Positions 7,688-12,074 of a stretch of 12,074 nt of DNA are shown piece by piece. The stretch is taken from assembly GCA_011046405.1 (NCBI GenBank), contig DSAR01000373.1, forward strand, positions 1 through 12,074. Direction: 5' to 3'. The notes below the pieces were generated by a model. The model saw only the letters and a program-made list of their open reading frames with translations, made no database searches and was not told the DNA's origin. Made by a program: the position numbers and the translations under genes. Numbering within the stretch: the stretch's first letter is position 1; the number at the start of each line of letters is the position of its first letter. This DNA comes from Chloroflexota bacterium (GTDB taxonomy: Bacteria; Chloroflexota; Anaerolineae; B4-G1).

Positions 7688-9424
7688 ATGCTCATCTTGC
7701 TAAAAGAGTTATTCTATTTATTATTGCAAGTCCTGATCGGCATGTTGACTCCCTTTTTGCTGGCGGGGACCGTGACGGGAGCAATGGTAGCACTGCTTTG
7801 GTTGGCCGGGTTCTCCCCATCTAAGCGGGGCAATGAGACTGTGGGATTTTTGTGGATGTTTGGCGGTGGCGCATGCGCGTTCTTTTACTCCTTCCTGCGT
7901 TTGATGTTGGGCCTCGATAGCCTCCTCGTGCTTTTCATCCTCAACGCCTTGGTGGGAGTGCTGATAAACGCCGGATTAGGTGGGTCGGCAACGAAGGACA
8001 AGCCATTCCGGTGGTGGGTGTTTTACCTGGCCTGGCTCTACCTGTGGATGACGGTCTTGCTGGGTTGGCGTTATGGCTTCCTGGGGCTTTTGCTGATCAC
8101 GTTACCGGCCCTGATCGTCGCCGAGTTGGGACTCTTTTTCGTAGCCGGCTACCTCTTGCCGTTCCCTTACCTGGATCTCTACCGGGACGAGCGACCCGCA
8201 CCAGATCCGGCCGATATACCGACTTTTATGGACGAGATCAAGGATTTCATCGCGCTCATGCGCTTGCCAGAGAACGAAGAAGCGCGCCGAGAGTGGTTCG
8301 ACCGGCGACGAAAGGCGCTGCAGTGCTTGATCACGTATGCGTTGGGAAGCAATTATCCATATTACGTCATCATCGACGAAAAAATCAACGAGCGGACCGA
8401 GGGAATTCGCACCTGGTTGCCCTGGGAAGATAAGCTGATCAAACGCCTGGATGGAGACGTCTTCAACGAGTTCCTGGCCGGACCCGGCATCATCCTCTCC
8501 GGTTGCGATCAAGCGGTCGTCCTTTCCACCGGCCTCAAGTTCAAGGGAGCCAAGGGGCCGGGCGTCGTTTTCACCGATTACGCCGACGCCCCCACCCAGG
8601 TGATCGATTTGCGGCCGCAGTTGCGAGGCTTTACCGTCAAAGCGCGAATGAAGGATGGCATTGAAGTCAAGGTTTTCACGTTCACACCCTTCCAGATCGG
8701 TACGGGTGAAGAACGGCCCAAGCTGGGTGAAAGCTTTCCCTACCGGACCAGCGATGTGTTCAAGGCTGTCCACGCCCAGTTGATCGAGCACGGAGACCTC
8801 TCTCAGGTGCCGGAGAATTTGGAGCGGAAGGAATGGTACGACCTGGCCCAGATCATCGGGGAGCGGGCCGTCCGGGAGGAACTCTCCAAGTACGAGTTTG
8901 ACGAGCTCTATGCTCCAATTGACGATCTGTACTTGCCACCCGATTGGGAAAGCATTCGGAATAAGGTTAACGGGGCGCTGCGGGATGCCCTGGAGAAAAA
9001 ATTACCCGAACGCGGATTGCAACGTGTGGGCAGCGGATTGAGCAACATCGAGCCGGTGGACACGCGCGTATTGGAGCAGCGGATCGAAGCCTGGCGGGCT
9101 CGTTGGACGCGCGAAATTATGTTGAAAGAAGCAGTGGGGCAATCTACCCGGCTGCGTATGGTGGAAGAAGCTCGGGCCCGGGCCCAGATCGATGTGATAG
9201 TGTCTATCGGTAATCAGATCAAAAAGTTGCGGGACGCGGGAGATTCGGTGCCAATGGGCGAAGTGGCTCGATATTTTATCCGCGTTCTCGAAGGATTGGC
9301 TGGAAGACCCGGCGTCCAGCTTCACCTCCCGAAAGATACGGAAGAGGTGCTGCGTAAAGCAGAACACGTGGTTTCGGAATCTGAAAAGACAGAAACAGAA
9401 ACTAAAAAGGAACGAGCGGCTTGA
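7688..9424 (+). CDS. Polytopic membrane protein (approx. 6-7 predicted TM helices in first ~165 aa) with C-terminal SPFH/band-7 (stomatin-prohibitin-flotillin-HflK/C)-like domain and coiled-coil tail (578 aa)
   Basis: The N-terminus has hydrophobic stretches (LFYLLLQVLIGMLTPFLLAGTVTGAMVALLWLAGF, FLWMFGGGACAFFYSFLRLMLGL, WWVFYLAWLYLWMTVLLGW and others). The core SPFH signature is GPGIILSGCDQAVVLSTG...VIDLRPQLRGFTVKARMKDGIEVKVFTFTPFQI (GE-G-V...VDLR-Q...TKDG-V-V...V-YRI pattern). An RBS AAGGGAG precedes the ATG. Confidence 0.6.
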   Translation: MLILLKELFYLLLQVLIGMLTPFLLAGTVTGAMVALLWLAGFSPSKRGNETVGFLWMFGGGACAFFYSFLRLMLGLDSLLVLFILNALVGVLINAGLGGSATKDKPFRWWVFYLAWLYLWMTVLLGWRYGFLGLLLITLPALIVAELGLFFVAGYLLPFPYLDLYRDERPAPDPADIPTFMDEIKDFIALMRLPENEEARREWFDRRRKALQCLITYALGSNYPYYVIIDEKINERTEGIRTWLPWEDKLIKRLDGDVFNEFLAGPGIILSGCDQAVVLSTGLKFKGAKGPGVVFTDYADAPTQVIDLRPQLRGFTVKARMKDGIEVKVFTFTPFQIGTGEERPKLGESFPYRTSDVFKAVHAQLIEHGDLSQVPENLERKEWYDLAQIIGERAVREELSKYEFDELYAPIDDLYLPPDWESIRNKVNGALRDALEKKLPERGLQRVGSGLSNIEPVDTRVLEQRIEAWRARWTREIMLKEAVGQSTRLRMVEEARARAQIDVIVSIGNQIKKLRDAGDSVPMGEVARYFIRVLEGLAGRPGVQLHLPKDTEEVLRKAEHVVSESEKTETETKKERAA

Positions 9425-9439
9425 AGGGAGATAGGATCT

Positions 9440-10981
9440 ATGTTCCGCTTACGGATTAGAGACCAGTATTCAAACCGGGTTTTCATGGTGGGCTTGATCG
9501 TCGTCCTAGGCATTCTCCTGGGTGCTTTGGTGGCTTATCAACACCGCCAGATCGACTTTATGGAATTCGTGGGATTGACGGAGTTTAGGGAGCGTCCTTT
9601 CCTGCAAGTATTTATGGCGATGAATCCTCAACAGAGCGTCCAATTGCTTTTCGGCTTGCTTCGCTTGGTGATTAGCCTGTTGCCAGTCGCCATATTCAAC
9701 TCGTTGCCGTTGTTCCTGATCCTGGCCGTGATTCCCTGGGGGGCAAGCCGCTTTATCCAGACGCTCTACGACGTGAAGGATTTCAAGGAAGCGCATCAGT
9801 TTTTGCACCGCAACGTCTTCGGTATGCATATGCTCAAACCAATTTTGATCGTCAAGGAAGGAAAAATCGCGGTAGGAGCAGGGGACCTCCACGATCGGAT
9901 CGGTGGCCGCTGTTTCTTGATCGTCTACCACGACAGCGCCATCGTCTTGGAAAATGGCGGACGTCTGACGCGGGTGGTGGGGCCCTCTCTCAGTTTCATG
10001 AGACCTCACGAACGCATTTGGGGGATCGTGGACTTGCGTCCTCAGCGATGGCCTTTTAGCGTAAGTGCAATGACCAAGGATGGCATTCCCATTTCCTGTG
10101 AAGCTGATATAACATTTAAGATCGACGATCGAGAAAAGGACGAGGATGGCAACGTCATTGTCAAAGCGCCGGTCAAGAAAGAGATCGATGCCGGAAAAGT
10201 AACCGACGCAGAAATTATGGCAGAAATGAAAAAGGCCGGCATCGCGGAACCGCTTCCATACACCGAGGAGGCTGTCTTCCGGGCCGCGACCAGTATCTGG
10301 ATCCGCATCCACCAACTCGATCACCCGGAGCAGTTGCGCTATTGGACAGGACGAGTCATTCTTGGGGATGTCGAGGGAGCATTGCGCAGTATTCTGATGG
10401 ACTATCGACTCGATGATTTATTGCGCGCTCCCAAACCGGGACAGGAAAAGCCCCGAGAGGAAATACGGCAGCGATTGGCGGAGAAGTTGCAAAAAGCTTT
10501 TTCCGTTGACAATGCCATTGGCGCTCGTATTCTCCAAGTCAACCTGGGAGAATTTCACGTGCGTGACGTACAAGATGTAGGCATTCCCGACAAGGTCTAC
10601 TCCCAGTGGATCCAGACGTGGGAAGCCGGTTGGCGGCAACGGGCGATGGTGGGGCAGATCGAGCGCGAGGAAAAACTGGCCCAGGTGCAGGCCACCCAGG
10701 TCCGGGCCCAGGCCGAGATGGTGTTGACATTGACAGAACGCATTCGCCCCCTGGTCAATGATACAAATGATGTGACTTCCTACTTGCTGGCTATGCGCTT
10801 CATCGAGACCTTGCGTTGGATGGCCTATGATCCGTTCAAGCGCGCCTTCTTGCCCCCCGAAATTATACGAACGCTGGATGAATTGGACAAGGCGCTGGAT
10901 AGAACGATTGTTAGGGGAACGGAGAAAGACGAGGCCCTGGATAAGATCGGGCGCTTGCTCCTGGACAGGGGAGTGAAATAA
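9440..10981 (+). CDS. Second SPFH/band-7-like membrane protein, paralogous to the upstream gene (513 aa; 2-3 N-terminal TM segments)
   Basis: TM stretches are VFMVGLIVVLGILLGALVAY and LLRLVISLLPVAIFNSLPLFLILAVIPW. The SPFH-like core is PILIVKEGKIAVGAGDLHDRIGGRCFLIVYHDSAIVLENGGRLTRVVGPSLSFMRPHERIWGIVDLRPQRWPFSVSAMTKDGIPISCEADITFKIDD. The C-terminal region (WEAGWRQRAMVGQIEREEKLAQVQATQVRAQAEMVL...LLAMRFIETLRWMA) resembles HflK/C-type tails and parallels the ORF4 C-terminus. The start lies 15 nt after the ORF4 stop with an RBS GGGAG. Confidence 0.6.
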   Translation: MFRLRIRDQYSNRVFMVGLIVVLGILLGALVAYQHRQIDFMEFVGLTEFRERPFLQVFMAMNPQQSVQLLFGLLRLVISLLPVAIFNSLPLFLILAVIPWGASRFIQTLYDVKDFKEAHQFLHRNVFGMHMLKPILIVKEGKIAVGAGDLHDRIGGRCFLIVYHDSAIVLENGGRLTRVVGPSLSFMRPHERIWGIVDLRPQRWPFSVSAMTKDGIPISCEADITFKIDDREKDEDGNVIVKAPVKKEIDAGKVTDAEIMAEMKKAGIAEPLPYTEEAVFRAATSIWIRIHQLDHPEQLRYWTGRVILGDVEGALRSILMDYRLDDLLRAPKPGQEKPREEIRQRLAEKLQKAFSVDNAIGARILQVNLGEFHVRDVQDVGIPDKVYSQWIQTWEAGWRQRAMVGQIEREEKLAQVQATQVRAQAEMVLTLTERIRPLVNDTNDVTSYLLAMRFIETLRWMAYDPFKRAFLPPEIIRTLDELDKALDRTIVRGTEKDEALDKIGRLLLDRGVK

Positions 10982-11001
10982 TGGCAATACGTACGCCATT
11001 A
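10979..11001 (+). terminator. Weak candidate stem-loop immediately at ORF5 stop: TAATGGC-aatacgtac-GCCATTA (7-bp stem, 9-nt loop containing TACGTA palindrome); no U-tract
   Basis: The inverted repeat was seen directly. The lack of a following T-run makes an intrinsic terminator function uncertain. Confidence 0.2.
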
Positions 11002-11136
11002 CGACCAAGCTATCCAGCCGTTTAAAATCATAGTTTGTGAGTATCATCTCAATAAACCGGGGTAAGTGAGGCGCAGGCAACCGGAGGTTGCACGCATTCC
11101 GCCCTACTTTTCCCTCAACTTATTGAGAAGATACGT

Positions 11137-11164
11137 TTGTGACTTGAAGAGATTGTGGTATCCT
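11137..11164 (+). promoter_or_regulatory. Candidate promoter for the kinase-like gene: -35 TTGTGA (11137-11142), 16-bp spacer, extended -10 TGgTATCCT (11156-11164)
   Basis: Sequence reading places it about 25 bp upstream of the RBS GGAGG (11177-11181), which precedes the TTG start at 11189. Confidence 0.35.
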
Positions 11165-11188
11165 TTATCCTAACACGGAGGTTGGAAA

Positions 11189-11854
11189 TTGTCTCAGAAC
11201 ATCGTAGCCCTCATCATCTCTTTCGCCTACGTCTTCGCCGCCATCGGCGCCGCCGAGGGGTTGCGCGCATGGCGCGGCTATTCCGTCGACTTCACCCGCA
11301 AATTCATCCACATCGCCGTCGGTATGTGGTCCTTCGGGACCGTCCTGCTCTTCGAGAGTCGCGCCTGGGCCGTGATCCCGCCGCTGGCGTTCGTGCTCAT
11401 CAACGCCCTCTCCTATTGGCAAGGAACCTTCAAGGCGATGGAGACGGGCGAGAAGTGGAAACTGGGCACCATCTACTTCCCGCTCTCCTTCGCCGCCCTC
11501 ATCTGGCTGTTTTGGGACCGGCCCGAACTGCTCGTGGCGAGCCTGATGCCGATGACGTGGGGGGACGCGCTGGCGGCCATCGTCGGGCGACGCTGGGGGA
11601 AACATCGTTTCGAGGTCAAGGGTGGCACCCGCTCGTTAGAAGGCTCGGCGACAATGCTGCTCGCCAGTTGGATCGCCACGCTGGTCCCGCTGAAACTGCT
11701 CACGCCGGAACCGTTGGCTTGGAGCACGGCCATCGTGGCAGCGCTGGTGACAGCCCTCAACGCCACAGCCGTCGAGGCCTTTTCTCCCTGGGGCGTCGAC
11801 AACCTGACCGTCCCCGCCATTTCCGCTTTGATCTTGATACTTCTTTTGCCCTGA
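11189..11854 (+). CDS. Integral membrane CTP-transferase-family polyprenol kinase-like protein (phytol kinase/dolichol kinase/CdsA superfamily), 221 aa, TTG start
   Basis: It is hydrophobic throughout. It has the RKFIHIAVG motif (like the RK-x-VHI of phytol kinases) and the C-terminal GDALAAIVGRRWGKHRF...GTRSLEGSATM motif, matching GD-x-xA-x-x-x-G-x-x-x-G-K...K(S/T)-x-EG-S of the CTP_transf_1 family. A strong SD (GGAGG) lies 7 nt upstream of the TTG. The +1-frame 254-aa Arg-rich ORF 11155-11919 is a GC-driven shadow. Confidence 0.6.
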   Translation: MSQNIVALIISFAYVFAAIGAAEGLRAWRGYSVDFTRKFIHIAVGMWSFGTVLLFESRAWAVIPPLAFVLINALSYWQGTFKAMETGEKWKLGTIYFPLSFAALIWLFWDRPELLVASLMPMTWGDALAAIVGRRWGKHRFEVKGGTRSLEGSATMLLASWIATLVPLKLLTPEPLAWSTAIVAALVTALNATAVEAFSPWGVDNLTVPAISALILILLLP

Positions 11855-11866
11855 ATCGGGTAGATC

Positions 11867-12073
11867 TCACCTCTCCGCAATCACAAACTGCGCGATCCCC
11901 TGTAACCGATCCTCGATAAACACCCGCATCTCATATGTGCCAGGCTCATACCCCCCCGGTGGCTTGTAGTAGAGATACGTTTTCCCCTCGCTGTTCCACT
12001 CCCACAAAGTGGTCGTCGCATCCATCAACTCACCTTCGCGGTAGATGGCAAACGTCCAAGGGACGCCGTTGGA
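11867..12073 (-). CDS. C-terminal 68 codons of a convergent minus-strand gene continuing beyond the window end (product unknown)
   Basis: The minus frame is open and reads ...SNGVPWTFAIYREGELMDATTTLWEWNSEGKTYLYYKPPGGYEPGTYEMRVFIEDRLQGIAQFVIAER* with its stop at 11867-11869. The composition looks protein-like and the track omits it because no start lies within the window. Confidence 0.45.
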   Translation of the reverse strand, partial: SNGVPWTFAIYREGELMDATTTLWEWNSEGKTYLYYKPPGGYEPGTYEMRVFIEDRLQGIAQFVIAER

Positions 12074-12074
12074 C

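Noticed and set aside
8102-8791. 229-aa minus-strand ORF inside ORF4, 272-aa minus ORF 9506-10324 and 220-aa minus ORF 10418-11080 inside ORF5
   Set aside because: They are antisense shadows of the SPFH genes. The plus-strand frames carry the TM helices and conserved SPFH motifs, and the minus frames lack any motif or RBS.
11155-11919. 254-aa + strand ORF overlapping the kinase-like gene in another frame, and 146-aa/135-aa minus ORFs (11165-11605, 11473-11880)
   Set aside because: They give extremely Arg/His-rich or low-complexity translations. The 11189 frame gives a coherent polytopic membrane protein with family motifs and a strong SD.

Overview
This is a high-GC (~60%) bacterial window with compact, same-strand coding and three AT-richer intergenic islands at 1-256, 6547-6917 and 10982-11188.

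Gene content, in order on the + strand:
- Two tandem paralogous AfsR-like STAND regulators of ~1046 aa each. Each has an N-terminal SARP/OmpR-type winged helix plus BTAD, an NB-ARC P-loop NTPase carrying the GLPL motif, and a C-terminal TPR array.
- A 370-bp structured intergenic region. It carries an 83-bp tandem duplication bounded by 7-bp inverted termini, then an ~87-bp imperfect palindrome centred on GGGGGCCCCC, then a sigma70-like promoter and a strong RBS.
- A likely operon of a pentapeptide-repeat protein and two paralogous membrane proteins with SPFH (band-7/HflK/C-like) domains.
- A CTP-transferase-family polyprenol (phytol/dolichol)-kinase-like membrane protein with a TTG start.
- The C-terminal fragment of a convergent minus-strand gene at the window edge.

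No tRNA, rRNA, CRISPR array, transposase or integrase was recognised.

The most interesting candidate is a regulatory-plus-membrane module. The two SARP-STAND-TPR regulators sit directly upstream of, and co-oriented with, the pentapeptide/SPFH/SPFH operon. Repeat-rich DNA that could be their operators lies both upstream of the first regulator (three GTTTCRAAA repeats at 11-12 bp phasing) and in the duplicated 83-bp element before the operon.

All functional calls rest on motif recognition by eye. No database searches were run.
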